From contig JBDKJN010000470.1 of assembly GCA_039796595.1 (NCBI GenBank), positions 1 to 35,227 on the forward strand: a DNA stretch of 35,227 nt. The letters run 5' to 3'. The notes beneath the pieces are model-generated. The model was not told where the DNA came from, made no database searches, and was given only the letters and a program-made list of their open reading frames with translations. The DNA comes from Bacteroidota bacterium (GTDB lineage Bacteria > Bacteroidota > Bacteroidia > Flavobacteriales_D > Sanyastnellaceae). Shown piece after piece: positions 9,501 to 18,243 of the stretch (position 1 is the stretch's first letter; every line of letters starts with the position of its first letter). Both the position numbers and the translations under genes were made by a program.

Positions 9501-12500
9501 GTCAAACAGTTACCCCAGAAATTTTTATAGATCGTGTTGGTTATTCTCGTTTTGATTTCGCGCAGAATGCTTATGATTTTGGATTGATCAACCCCGACAA
9601 CACATGGTATGATGGCAAGGTTGGAGATGTAAACCCTATAGATCCTTCGAGGGCTCCAAGCAATGACCATTTTTTCTGCACAACGGGAGCTTTTGATACT
9701 GATCCAGCTGAAATGAGCTGTTGGACAGGGGTGAATAATGATGTGTACACCGATAGTGTTTATAACAACATGTTCGATGGACCGTCCTATGCAATTCGTA
9801 GAAATATTTGGTACACCTTTACCGTGGATGGCGCAGGAACATGCAGCGTTTACATTGAACCAAAGCCTGGTAAAAATGTTCAGCGATATGCTATTTATCG
9901 AAGCGATGTCAATGGAAGTTTGCCGTTCGCGGCAGTGCAGATGAGTGGGCAAGTAGATTCAACTTTGACTGATGGTTTGAGCTTTGTTGCTGGCAATTTA
10001 TACTCATGGTGGTGTTATGCATATAACGAAGTTAGTTTTTATCGTGATCCTTGTGAGCCACAAGAACCGACGAGATATTATGTTGTTGTAGAACACAATG
10101 CCGCTTTAGATGCGCTCAATTCCCAATGTGAATTAAGAATCAAATGGGACCCATTGGTCGAAACCCCTGTGCTATATGATCATTATTCGCAAGCCAATTG
10201 TATCAATGGCTTAAATCAGTCGGCACCTCCTTATACCAATGTTGCTTTAGGCGCTGGCTCCTATTCGGGCGAGATGGATAATTTTGTTTGTGCTTCAGCG
10301 GATGCAACTGATCCCTATTTATACTATTGCCAACCTCGCACACTTTGGTATTATGTGGATGTCAATGTCAGTGGATATCTAAAATTCCGAGGCCAATTTT
10401 TTGACATCAACGACAATCCTCTTGGCTCTGGGACTGAGGTGATCATGTATCGTCAAGCTTTTGCTGGTGATTCTTCGACAGTCGTATGGGAGCCTGTGAA
10501 TGCAACAAGTGTATGGAGTGCTGATGGATATTGGAATCAAGCTTGTGTTTATGAAGGGCGCTATTATCTGATCTTTCCTGGCTGCAGTTATCTATTGCAT
10601 AAAGTTTATCCCGAAATAGAGATAAGCGAGCAGGTGGGTGACTTCTGCGACAATCCTATTGTGACTGGCATCAATGGTATTGGAAGTTCAACCGCGTCTG
10701 TAGTTGTGGATTGCCACACGATTGGGGAGGATTTTGGAGAATCTGGTAATAACATGGGATGTTTACTTCCATCCGGTGCCAATGTAAATAATTATAAATC
10801 CTCATGGTTTCGTATTGATATAACCGGTTCAACAAGCGTGGATTTTACCTTTCAATTGAATGCGGCACTCACCAATATTGATCCTTCTTTCATCCGATAT
10901 CGAATATTATTAGGTAGTTGTGATGCTATGAATGTGGGAAGTTGTTTCTCCAATTCGCAGACTATTAATACAATCAATTGTCTGGCACCGGGCAGTTACT
11001 ATCTGCAAGTAGTAACACCTGAGTACTATCCTTGGGGTGGTCTCGTAACAGGATCTGTAGGATTTACCTTTACAACAACCCCTCCTGCTGATCCAAATTG
11101 TATGCCTCAGAATACGTGTTATGCAATCACATCATTTTCGTATGTGGATGATTGTGCCAATGCCGCAACACAATTTTTGAGTCAATCTACTGCGGGAGAT
11201 TTGGTAGATATCTTATGGCAATTTGGATACAATAACCAAACAAGCTCAGAGGAGAATCCGATCTTTCAGTATCCCATATTGGATGTTGTTGCAACATATA
11301 CGGTTATTCTGACTGTTACCAATTTGGAATGTGGTGAAACAGCAGCGGATACGGCCTTGGTTACCATTCAACCGAAACCACAATTTGATCTTCCAGACAC
11401 TTTGCAATTATGCAATGGCAATGGTATTGTCTTGGATCCCAATCCTTCATTGGGAACGCAAATCTATTGGCCACAAACAGGCTCAACTGACGACACTATA
11501 TTTTGGAGTAGTCCAGGCTGGAATGAGGTTTACGTTCAAGGAACAATTGATGCATGTACTCGTGTTGACACCGCTATGATTTATATGAGTCCATTGAGCA
11601 ACGCAAATCTTGGACCTGATCGTATTTTATGTTCTAATGACAGCGTTTATATTGATGCCGTTCAAGGGTATGGTGAGCACTATCTCTGGAGTGATGGCGA
11701 TACGATTTCGACGAATTATCTATTACAAGGCCAACATGTTATTGAGTGGTTTTTTGATGGCTGTGTTATTTCGGATACCTTGTTAGTTTCGTTAGCGCAA
11801 GCAGCATCACCTCTCGGTCCAGATACTACGGTTTGCTTTGGAACTGCAGGTTATACTTTGGACGCGTCAACAGGGAGTGCCTACAATTACGTTTGGCAAA
11901 ATGGCAGTACCGGTCAAATATACACGGTGAGCTCTGAAGGCCTTTATTGGGTGGATATTTATACGCCAGAATGTATAATTCGCGATTCAGTAGTGATTAA
12001 CGAATTCTTGCTTCCACCACCAGTTTTCACAGGAGATACAGTGTTTTGTGAAGGACAAAGTGTTACACTCTCAGGTCCGGACAATTATTCATATCTATGG
12101 GGTGATACCTCCACGGGTCAATCGCTAACCATAACTTCACCGGGTATTATGTGGTTACAAATCGCTGATACAAATGATTGTGTAGCTTCCTCATGGATAA
12201 ACATCTTGCAATTGCCCATGCCGGATCCAGCAATCTTTGGTGATGTGACTCTTTGTGGTAACGATTCTATTTATTTACTGACTCAGGTGGGTTTTGATCA
12301 ATACGCTTGGAGTACGGGCAGTACAACGACAAATACTTGGGTCAATTCACTTGGTTGGGTTTACATTGAAGTTGTCGATCAGAATGGATGCACAGGTATT
12401 GACTCTGTCGAAGTGGTCTCAGGTGTAGGAGGAGCTTTGCAGTTCACCGGAAATATGGAGTTCTGCGAAGGCGATTCAACCTTGATTTCAACCACTCAAT

Positions 12501-15500
12501 CATATATTAGCTATCTATGGCCTGATGGATCTACGAATAGTTATTATTATGCTGATCAATCTGAGTCAATTCAATTGACAGTTACAGATAACAATGGATG
12601 TGCAATCACAGCGGACACCTCTGCAGTCGCTTTGCCAACTCCGATGATTCAGATTCTATCCGATGGCTCAATCTGCAGTGGGGGGAATGCCCTTTTGGTA
12701 GCTGACCATGATCCAGGAACCATTACATGGAGTGGCAATGGAATAAATGGATTAATGAGCGATTCAGTCATCATCTCGATGCCAGGCATATATGAGGTTA
12801 CATTGACAACCGCCAATGGATGTTCAAATACGTCCAGTGTCAACGTCAGTGAAGTTGTTCTCGTGCCAAGCATTACGGGTACGCTTGGTTTCTGCGCAGG
12901 TCAGTCAACTACAATTAGTGGCCAATCAGGATACACCTATTTGTGGTCAGATGGTTCTACGAATCAAGATTTAGTGGTCAATACCCCAGGGTTTTATACC
13001 ATAGAGGTTTCTGACGCTCTAGGTTGTACTGGCGATGCAACCGTGGAGGTGATCGCATGGCCACTTCCATCTTTTACTATTTTGGGCAATTTGATTTTTT
13101 GTGAAAATGGATTTACAGAATTGACAGTTGATCAGAGTTTTAGCGCTTACAGTTGGTCCACTGGATCAGATTCGATCAACACTTCTGTTGATGTCATCGG
13201 AATGATTTATGTGACCGTCAATGATGCCAACAATTGCGCTGCAACAGATTCTGTTTTCGTAAATTCCATTCCATCGCCAAGTCCTCAGTTTGTTGGCAAT
13301 TTGGAATTTTGCGAGGGTGATAGTACGGTGATTGGTTTGGATATGATTTTTGATACCTATCAATGGCATGATGGAAGTACAGATTCAATTTTTGTTGTAA
13401 CCGCATCTTCATTGATTGAGGTGGTAGTTACCAATAGTCTGGGTTGTTATTATGCCTTAGACACTCTGCTCTCTGCAATATCCGCTCCGACGATTGATCT
13501 AATTACGGATAGTCTAGTCTGTAATGGAGGTCAAGAAACAATTACACTAATTCATTCTGGAACGGGTGTGAATTGGTTTGCAGATGCCAATTCGACTTTT
13601 TTCCAAGATTCTATTGTAGTCTACCAGCCACAAACAGTATCTGTCGAAGTTATTGACAACAACGGATGCATGTCTACAGCGGAGATTGACGTGTTACTTG
13701 AGAATATTACAGCCCAGATTATGGGTGATACAACATTTTGTGCTGGCAGTAGCACAATGCTGTGGGTTGAGCCGACATTTGTTGACTTTGATTGGAGTTC
13801 AGGTGAGATATCGTCGACAATAGCTGTTTCAAGTCCAGCTAATGTGACAGTGAACGTGATTGATGCCAATGGTTGTATAGCGTCGGCCTCAAGTTCAGTA
13901 TTTGAAATGCCTTTGCCACAAGTTGAAATTGTAGGTGATACAACTTTATGTCCAGGTGGAAATGTCATTCTGGAGGTTATTGGTGTTTATAATTCCGTAT
14001 CTTGGAGCAACAACACAACTGGAAATTCTACTGTTGTAGAGAATCCCGGGACCATCGAAGTCTTTGTTGAAAGTGTTGATGAATGCTTGAATTCGGACAT
14101 CATCGAGGTGGTATTGGCAAGCCCATTAACTCCATCCATCATTGGCAACAATGTCATTTGCCAAGGAGAAATATTGACCCTTGAGTCGGATTTGAATTAT
14201 GATGTTTATCTATGGTCGAACGGGGTGGAAACACAAACAGTGGATATCCTTTTACCAGGTACATATAGTTTGCAAGTTTGGGATACTGAAGGGTGCACAG
14301 GAATGACACAAGCAGATGTGGTTTTTCATCCGGCTGTAGAACCACAAATTGACGGTTTGCTTTCTCATTGTGAAGGAGAACAAGCGACTTACACAGTGGT
14401 CAATCAATATCCTTATTTATTATGGAATCAGGCAATTCTAAGTGATACGCTGTACACCGCTCTTGGTGGTGAGATCAATGTGGAAGTACATGATTTGAAC
14501 GGATGTGTCGGATTTGATACTATTCAGGTTTCGGTGCATTTATCCCCGAATCCAATTATTTTGGGTGAGGCTGATCCATGTGTGGGTGACACCATTTATT
14601 ATTCAACGAGTACTTTATTTCCTAGCATGATTTGGAATAATCAAATCAATGCCAATGGCATATTCATCACGGAGTCAAGTCTTATTACATTAGAGGTCAT
14701 TGATTCCAATGGGTGTAGTGCTGATGCTTCTTTGGATGTTGAATTCCATGAAGTAATACCGCCTTTATGGCCCGACAGTTTAAGCTTCTGTGAAGGTGAT
14801 GTGTTGACCTTAGATGCAGGGCCAAATTATTATGCCTATTCATGGAGCAATGGAGAGACTTCTTCTTCAATAGAGGTAACCGCATCTGGCAATGCAAATG
14901 TCGAGGTATTTGATGAATATGGCTGTTCAGCTCATTCTGAGATGATGGCAATTATGTTAATTGCCCCTAGTCCTGAGTTAACAGGAGTGCTTGAGATTTG
15001 TGCAGGCGATTCATCAGTAATTTCAACACAAGGTGGCTTCGAGACTTATTTATGGAATGACGGCTCTCAAATTGAAACGTACGTCGCTTCATCCAGTGAA
15101 TGGATAAATGTGACAGTTAGCTCAATAAATGGATGTTTCGGAAGTGATTCCGTTTATGTTGAAGTTCATGAGAATCCGACTCCTATAGTTCAAGGGATAA
15201 GCCCCGCATGTGATGGAGAGTCGATTACATTGTCGTTGGATCAATTGTATAGCCAGATACTTTGGAATACCGGAGAGATCACCCAGAGTATTCAAGTATT
15301 GACTTCTGGTATTTATGATGTTATTGTAGAAGATGAGAATGGATGCATTGGTGAGGCTATTCATGAGCAGGATTTCATATCACCAACCGAAATCCAAATT
15401 TCTGGGCCATCAGAGTTTTGTGTTGGTGACACCATCTACCTCAATGGGCCATCAGGTTTTACCAATTATATATGGAATGGTCAATCTGGAGCTAGCACTT

Positions 15501-16288
15501 ATGAGGTTACGGTGGATACGAATGTTACACTTGAAGTTTTGGATGATTACGGTTGTGCGTCTTCTGATATTCATTCACTTGAAATACATCCATTGCCTTT
15601 GCCAACCATAATGGGTGAGCTAACTTTTTGTGAGAACGCGAGCACGGAGCTATCAGTCGGTTCTTTTGTCAATTATTTGTGGTCAACAGGTGCCACCACC
15701 AACCAGATTGTCGTTGACACGGCTGGAGTGTATTCTGTTGAAGTGATTGATGCCAACGGCTGTTCAAATCAATCCGATACATCCGTGACCATGAATTACT
15801 TGCCTTCGCCAGTCTTTTTAGCGCATCAAACACTGTGTTATGAAGAATCTCCTACAATAGAATATTATTCGACAGACACTTTCCAGTGGTCCAATGGCGA
15901 CACATCATTGATTTATCCAATGACGGCGTCAGGGATGTATGAGTTTTCGGTAGCCAATGCTTGCGGTGTGGTCGATTTTGAAATAGAAATTGAAGTGATT
16001 GATTGCGATTGGCACTTGTACATTCCAAACACATTTACTCCCGACAATGATGGCATTAACGATACGTGGAAGCCTGTGACTTATAACATTGCCTCATACC
16101 ATTTAAGGGTGTTTGATAGATGGGGTATTGTTGTGTTCGAGTCAAAAGATTTGAATGAACATTGGACTGGAAACATTCTGGATGGAGCATACTATGGCAT
16201 GAACGATGCGTACAATTATGTCATTTCATATACCACGCACACAGGAGAAGTTTTTCAAGAGAAAGGTTCTGTGATAATGCTTCGTTAG
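6560..16288 (+). CDS. Giant (3242 aa) T9SS type B cargo / adhesin-like surface protein
   Basis: Uninterrupted 9.7-kb ORF with signal peptide MKLSNYFLLVVLLAILGINQGFAQA. The order is nine N-terminal modules, a PKD domain, ~22 Ig-like repeats and a C-terminal YIPNTFTPDNDGINDTWKP domain. Confidence 0.95.
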   Translation: MKLSNYFLLVVLLAILGINQGFAQAPVNDNCQNATVIPISGNGYDIGTFVSLPSDLTSATIQSGEYFDSSIPLTLQSGSVWYSFSLPTARGCDLLVEEPTGIDNFSSAFAGFALYRSNTCFPGFDEIQDARLVPQGALGHSVNPCLLPGNYLLQVVCNQAFNGPIAVTLTLTEPSPAPYDFQTNAGDLGVLTNCASSLVFNAGCLTIDDNNEFYPGLGTDSSEYTQSAWFTFTTPAAFDELAINFVPTASYVYSTTETAFAYNLYQGDVHAVDYTTLTEVDSEIYNLYSVYALHPGFSYRCGELLPNTTYSLRFIMHHTVDEDLQVVVHAWGGTPTVAPTPLNVPAPNALGALADGVTNASDWFACNARMELNDCGTPNPDTGIWIGASLYNLSDWFTFELTTTSNITVSGNCWSPAYNDVYLRLFSDVATASCGDLNYPSDRVIEGHNSITKYCLLPGTYSVQVLGRSYDELGLWYWDACNYFSDGQLGRPLNISINVVSTVDINQFALQNAGDFDPINNMNDLPVGVPITSQVDVFGCANTLMPDTTICDNDYYNSWDPNRKAMYRQFTIGDGDLDLQPDSGIITIVSGNEYAYNYRLYRGNANSLATSQGVQAAGEWISGLEPVSECMYHGNNDYCCNGYDYQVCVTPGEYTLVTFGDSTDIALSDQVTVQFDLVTNLFDSPSEAEVLGDIWLATGAAGGTVTSTTDHFGCHDNAIDLNGSAPCGTKAIYREFYLSEASLVSISTNPLGCWWGCAYAPFTVFEGRVSQDIAGLNPLWSCVANANTGPCIPLDAGWYSVVSYIDGPTYEDPLSNSLGTTGNGIGMPNIIYINVTPPGQLSQYNRPHKACNTLNNGDPAVITWGPNEGDNQWESTDNMYYLCTEYFGCSNDTPWVSHPIVPCNTGHTKVAYYVFTTTQNSYLAINTGNFESQLFNFDVRIDSLLLPTTTAIQPCAYGMQFCDLPAGTYTLVIWASDANYGQTVTPEIFIDRVGYSRFDFAQNAYDFGLINPDNTWYDGKVGDVNPIDPSRAPSNDHFFCTTGAFDTDPAEMSCWTGVNNDVYTDSVYNNMFDGPSYAIRRNIWYTFTVDGAGTCSVYIEPKPGKNVQRYAIYRSDVNGSLPFAAVQMSGQVDSTLTDGLSFVAGNLYSWWCYAYNEVSFYRDPCEPQEPTRYYVVVEHNAALDALNSQCELRIKWDPLVETPVLYDHYSQANCINGLNQSAPPYTNVALGAGSYSGEMDNFVCASADATDPYLYYCQPRTLWYYVDVNVSGYLKFRGQFFDINDNPLGSGTEVIMYRQAFAGDSSTVVWEPVNATSVWSADGYWNQACVYEGRYYLIFPGCSYLLHKVYPEIEISEQVGDFCDNPIVTGINGIGSSTASVVVDCHTIGEDFGESGNNMGCLLPSGANVNNYKSSWFRIDITGSTSVDFTFQLNAALTNIDPSFIRYRILLGSCDAMNVGSCFSNSQTINTINCLAPGSYYLQVVTPEYYPWGGLVTGSVGFTFTTTPPADPNCMPQNTCYAITSFSYVDDCANAATQFLSQSTAGDLVDILWQFGYNNQTSSEENPIFQYPILDVVATYTVILTVTNLECGETAADTALVTIQPKPQFDLPDTLQLCNGNGIVLDPNPSLGTQIYWPQTGSTDDTIFWSSPGWNEVYVQGTIDACTRVDTAMIYMSPLSNANLGPDRILCSNDSVYIDAVQGYGEHYLWSDGDTISTNYLLQGQHVIEWFFDGCVISDTLLVSLAQAASPLGPDTTVCFGTAGYTLDASTGSAYNYVWQNGSTGQIYTVSSEGLYWVDIYTPECIIRDSVVINEFLLPPPVFTGDTVFCEGQSVTLSGPDNYSYLWGDTSTGQSLTITSPGIMWLQIADTNDCVASSWINILQLPMPDPAIFGDVTLCGNDSIYLLTQVGFDQYAWSTGSTTTNTWVNSLGWVYIEVVDQNGCTGIDSVEVVSGVGGALQFTGNMEFCEGDSTLISTTQSYISYLWPDGSTNSYYYADQSESIQLTVTDNNGCAITADTSAVALPTPMIQILSDGSICSGGNALLVADHDPGTITWSGNGINGLMSDSVIISMPGIYEVTLTTANGCSNTSSVNVSEVVLVPSITGTLGFCAGQSTTISGQSGYTYLWSDGSTNQDLVVNTPGFYTIEVSDALGCTGDATVEVIAWPLPSFTILGNLIFCENGFTELTVDQSFSAYSWSTGSDSINTSVDVIGMIYVTVNDANNCAATDSVFVNSIPSPSPQFVGNLEFCEGDSTVIGLDMIFDTYQWHDGSTDSIFVVTASSLIEVVVTNSLGCYYALDTLLSAISAPTIDLITDSLVCNGGQETITLIHSGTGVNWFADANSTFFQDSIVVYQPQTVSVEVIDNNGCMSTAEIDVLLENITAQIMGDTTFCAGSSTMLWVEPTFVDFDWSSGEISSTIAVSSPANVTVNVIDANGCIASASSSVFEMPLPQVEIVGDTTLCPGGNVILEVIGVYNSVSWSNNTTGNSTVVENPGTIEVFVESVDECLNSDIIEVVLASPLTPSIIGNNVICQGEILTLESDLNYDVYLWSNGVETQTVDILLPGTYSLQVWDTEGCTGMTQADVVFHPAVEPQIDGLLSHCEGEQATYTVVNQYPYLLWNQAILSDTLYTALGGEINVEVHDLNGCVGFDTIQVSVHLSPNPIILGEADPCVGDTIYYSTSTLFPSMIWNNQINANGIFITESSLITLEVIDSNGCSADASLDVEFHEVIPPLWPDSLSFCEGDVLTLDAGPNYYAYSWSNGETSSSIEVTASGNANVEVFDEYGCSAHSEMMAIMLIAPSPELTGVLEICAGDSSVISTQGGFETYLWNDGSQIETYVASSSEWINVTVSSINGCFGSDSVYVEVHENPTPIVQGISPACDGESITLSLDQLYSQILWNTGEITQSIQVLTSGIYDVIVEDENGCIGEAIHEQDFISPTEIQISGPSEFCVGDTIYLNGPSGFTNYIWNGQSGASTYEVTVDTNVTLEVLDDYGCASSDIHSLEIHPLPLPTIMGELTFCENASTELSVGSFVNYLWSTGATTNQIVVDTAGVYSVEVIDANGCSNQSDTSVTMNYLPSPVFLAHQTLCYEESPTIEYYSTDTFQWSNGDTSLIYPMTASGMYEFSVANACGVVDFEIEIEVIDCDWHLYIPNTFTPDNDGINDTWKPVTYNIASYHLRVFDRWGIVVFESKDLNEHWTGNILDGAYYGMNDAYNYVISYTTHTGEVFQEKGSVIMLR
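6629..11120 (+). other. Nine divergent ~150-180 aa Cys-containing modules (PPC/CUB-like beta-sandwich guess)
   Basis: Each module has an aromatic strand motif: VWYSF, AWFTF, DWFTF, MYRQF, IYREF, AYYVF, IWYTF, LWYYV or SWFRI. Each is followed ~60-90 aa later by a C..PG.Y..QV-type motif: CLLPGNYLLQV, LLPNTTYSLRF, CLLPGTYSVQV, CVTPGEYTLV, CIPLDAGWYSV, CDLPAGTYTLV, TRYYVVV, CVYEGRYYLI or CLAPGSYYLQV. Confidence 0.5.
11120..11380 (+). other. PKD domain
   Basis: FSYVDDCANAATQFLSQS...ILWQFGYNNQTSSEENPIFQYPILDVVATYTVILTVTNLECGE...VTIQPKP matches the PKD WxFGDG...Y...G.Y.V.L.V pattern. Confidence 0.6.
11381..16003 (+). repeat. About 22 tandem ~70-aa Ig-like repeats (protein-level repeat array)
   Basis: The recurrent unit is ..[FLI]C.G[DQ]S..L......Y.WS.G.T...I.V...G.Y.V.V.D.NGC...D.V.V......P.I.G. 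I counted 22 units by their first Cys motif: LCNGNG, LCSNDS, VCFGTAG, FCEGQS, LCGNDS, FCEGDS, ICSGGN, FCAGQS, FCENGF, FCEGDS, VCNGGQ, FCAGSS, LCPGGN, ICQGEI, HCEGEQ, PCVGDT, FCEGDV, ICAGDS, ACDGES, FCVGDT, FCENAS, LCYEES. Confidence 0.8.
16007..16288 (+). other. T9SS type B sorting domain (gliding motility-associated C-terminal domain, CHU_C-like)
   Basis: DWHLYIPNTFTPDNDGINDTWKPV...FDRWGIVVFES...WTG......G.Y.Y...Y is the signature of the Bacteroidetes gliding-motility CTD family. Confidence 0.85.
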
Positions 16289-16426
16289 CAATAACATGAA
16301 ACAATTTCTTTGAATACGGTATGCTATAAACCTACAATAGAAATTGTAACTACAATGTGCTTGTCGAAAGAAGGACTCACGGCTCTTTACATGGCCGACG
16401 AGGCAGAGTAAGGTTAAGCTAAAAAC

Positions 16427-17638
16427 TTACCTCAACGCAGCAATCAGCAACTTGATATCCTTCCACGGTAAATCGAACATTTTAGCTACAGCATCATTGG
16501 TTAATGTGCCGTGGTACATGTAAACCCCTGTCTGAAAGCCAACATGATTTTTAACCAGATTTGCTATGCCGCCTTCGTCACCTATGCTCAGGAGAATTGG
16601 CGCGAAAATGTTACTCAGCGCATAACTCGCTGTACGCGACACACGTGAGGCGATATTCGGAACGCAGTAATGGATGACACCATGTTCTTTGAAAATAGGT
16701 TTTTCATGCGTCGTAATTCGGGATGTTTCAAAACAACCTCCTTGGTCAATACTGATGTCCACAATCACACTGCCGTATTTCATATTCGACACCATATCTT
16801 CATTCACCACGATAGGTGTGCGTCCACCGCTGGTGTGAATGGCACCTATAGCAACATCGGCAGTTGCCAATGCATTTCGTAGTTCGGAGGGTTGAATGGT
16901 ACTGGTCCATAATCTTAGGCCCAGGTCATTTTGTATACGACGAAGGCGATATGTGCTGTTGTCAAAAATCTTTACCGACGCACCAAGACCAATGGCTGCG
17001 CGAGCCGCAAATTCAGCTACGGTTCCTGCGCCGAGAATGACTACCTCGGTTGGTTTTACACCCGAAATTCCACCAAACATAAGGCCTTGACCTCCGTGAT
17101 TGTGTGACAGGTAATCTGCGGCAATTAGGACCGCGGTATTTCCTGCTATTTCTCCCATGGCACGCACTACCGGATAAATATCCGTGTCGTCTTTGATATA
17201 ATCCCACGCAATGGCCGTGATTTTGCGCTGTATCAACGCCTTAATCATTTCTTCCTTTTGAGCAGGCAGATGTATCGCTGAAATCAAGGTCTGTTTACCT
17301 GGCATCATCGCAATTTCGTCCATGCTCGGTGGAGCTACCTTCATGATGATTTCGGAACGAAAAACATCCTCAGGACTGAACACAATACGCGCTCCTGCCT
17401 CACTATAATCATGATCTTGAAAATTCGATGCCTTTCCGGCATTCGTTTCTACGACCACGTCGTGGCCATTGCTCACTAAAAGGGCCACACTTTCAGGCAC
17501 TAAGGCTACACGCTGCTCTTGAATTGAGGTTTCCTTGGGTATTCCAATCGTCAAACGAGAATGACGGTTTTGTACAGCGAGCAACTCCTCTTGAGGCATT
17601 AATGCCGCTTCTTGAGCGAGGGCCTTTTTAATATCCAT
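16427..17638 (-). CDS. ald: Alanine dehydrogenase / PNT-family NAD-dependent dehydrogenase
   Basis: IGIPKETSIQEQRVALVPESVALLVSNGHDVVVETNAGKAS is the AlaDH/PNT N-terminal domain. The Rossmann motif is VVILGAGTVAEFAARAAIGLGASVKIFD, and HYCVPNIASRVSRTAS lies near the C-terminus. Confidence 0.8.
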   Translation of the reverse strand: MDIKKALAQEAALMPQEELLAVQNRHSRLTIGIPKETSIQEQRVALVPESVALLVSNGHDVVVETNAGKASNFQDHDYSEAGARIVFSPEDVFRSEIIMKVAPPSMDEIAMMPGKQTLISAIHLPAQKEEMIKALIQRKITAIAWDYIKDDTDIYPVVRAMGEIAGNTAVLIAADYLSHNHGGQGLMFGGISGVKPTEVVILGAGTVAEFAARAAIGLGASVKIFDNSTYRLRRIQNDLGLRLWTSTIQPSELRNALATADVAIGAIHTSGGRTPIVVNEDMVSNMKYGSVIVDISIDQGGCFETSRITTHEKPIFKEHGVIHYCVPNIASRVSRTASYALSNIFAPILLSIGDEGGIANLVKNHVGFQTGVYMYHGTLTNDAVAKMFDLPWKDIKLLIAALR

Positions 17639-17885
17639 GGATTCGAATTGTTTGTTGAGTAGCTGAAAATCAGTTGTTCAGGGTGCGTTTTGGGGCACCC
17701 AGAATATGTTCCAACCGAATTTCGGAGTCCTGCTAAGATACGTTTATTATCGGAATCAATCTGCTCTCTTCGAGGGTTTTTGCTCAATATTTTGTTAGAA
17801 AGGGAGTGAAAAAGCATTTGGGCATGCGAAATTTGCGTTTTACTTTGCGCCCATAAATCGACAACCAAAAAAAAATCAAAATACC

Positions 17886-18182
17886 ATGGCACACAGCGAG
17901 GGTCATTCATCAACAGAACGCACTATACTTTGGATCATTATTCCAGCTACCCTTTTGGTTAGTGGATATTTCACCTATCAAAGTAAGAAACACGATAAGA
18001 TAGCTGCAAAAACTGAATTGAACGGTGACATATCGGGCGTGATAAAGAAAGAGGAAGTGGCACCTGTTAAAATGGAAACAATGGCTACAGATACTTTACA
18101 TAAAGACACTGTTGACGCTCACGGAGCCAAACCAGCAGAGGTTATGGTGAAAGAGGTTCAAGGCCACAGCGCGGGTCACTAA
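17886..18182 (+). CDS. Small single-pass membrane protein, hypothetical (98 aa)
   Basis: ATG 17886 follows an A-rich leader. One hydrophobic span (ILWIIIPATLLVSGYFTY) is followed by KKHDK. A strong terminator lies 19 nt after the stop. I recognise no family. Confidence 0.5.
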   Translation: MAHSEGHSSTERTILWIIIPATLLVSGYFTYQSKKHDKIAAKTELNGDISGVIKKEEVAPVKMETMATDTLHKDTVDAHGAKPAEVMVKEVQGHSAGH

Positions 18183-18200
18183 GATTATAACAATAGGAAT

Positions 18201-18236
18201 AAAAAAAGGGAAGCTCAATTGAGTTTCCCTTTTTTT
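18201..18236. terminator. Rho-independent terminator between convergent genes
   Basis: A7, GGGAAGCTC, loop AATT, GAGTTTCCC, T7. The 9-bp stem has one G-U pair in plus-strand RNA and an A-C mismatch in minus-strand RNA. It sits between stop 18182 (+) and stop 18244 (-). Confidence 0.75.
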
Positions 18237-18243
18237 ATTCCTA

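Noticed and set aside
7151-9952. Antisense and alternative-frame ORFs inside the giant gene, for example 7151-7513 (-) 120 aa and 9470-9952 (-) 160 aa. Similar cases lie at 22149-22574 (+) and 23341-23808 (-) in porX and the HD gene.
   Set aside because: They lie wholly within long ORFs that have clear domain content. Their translations show no motifs, so they are typical shadow ORFs.
17681-17700. GGGTGC-N7-GCACCC hairpin in the leader of the ald-family gene
   Set aside because: It is a short isolated stem with no flanking U-tract or recognisable regulatory motif, which is insufficient to call.
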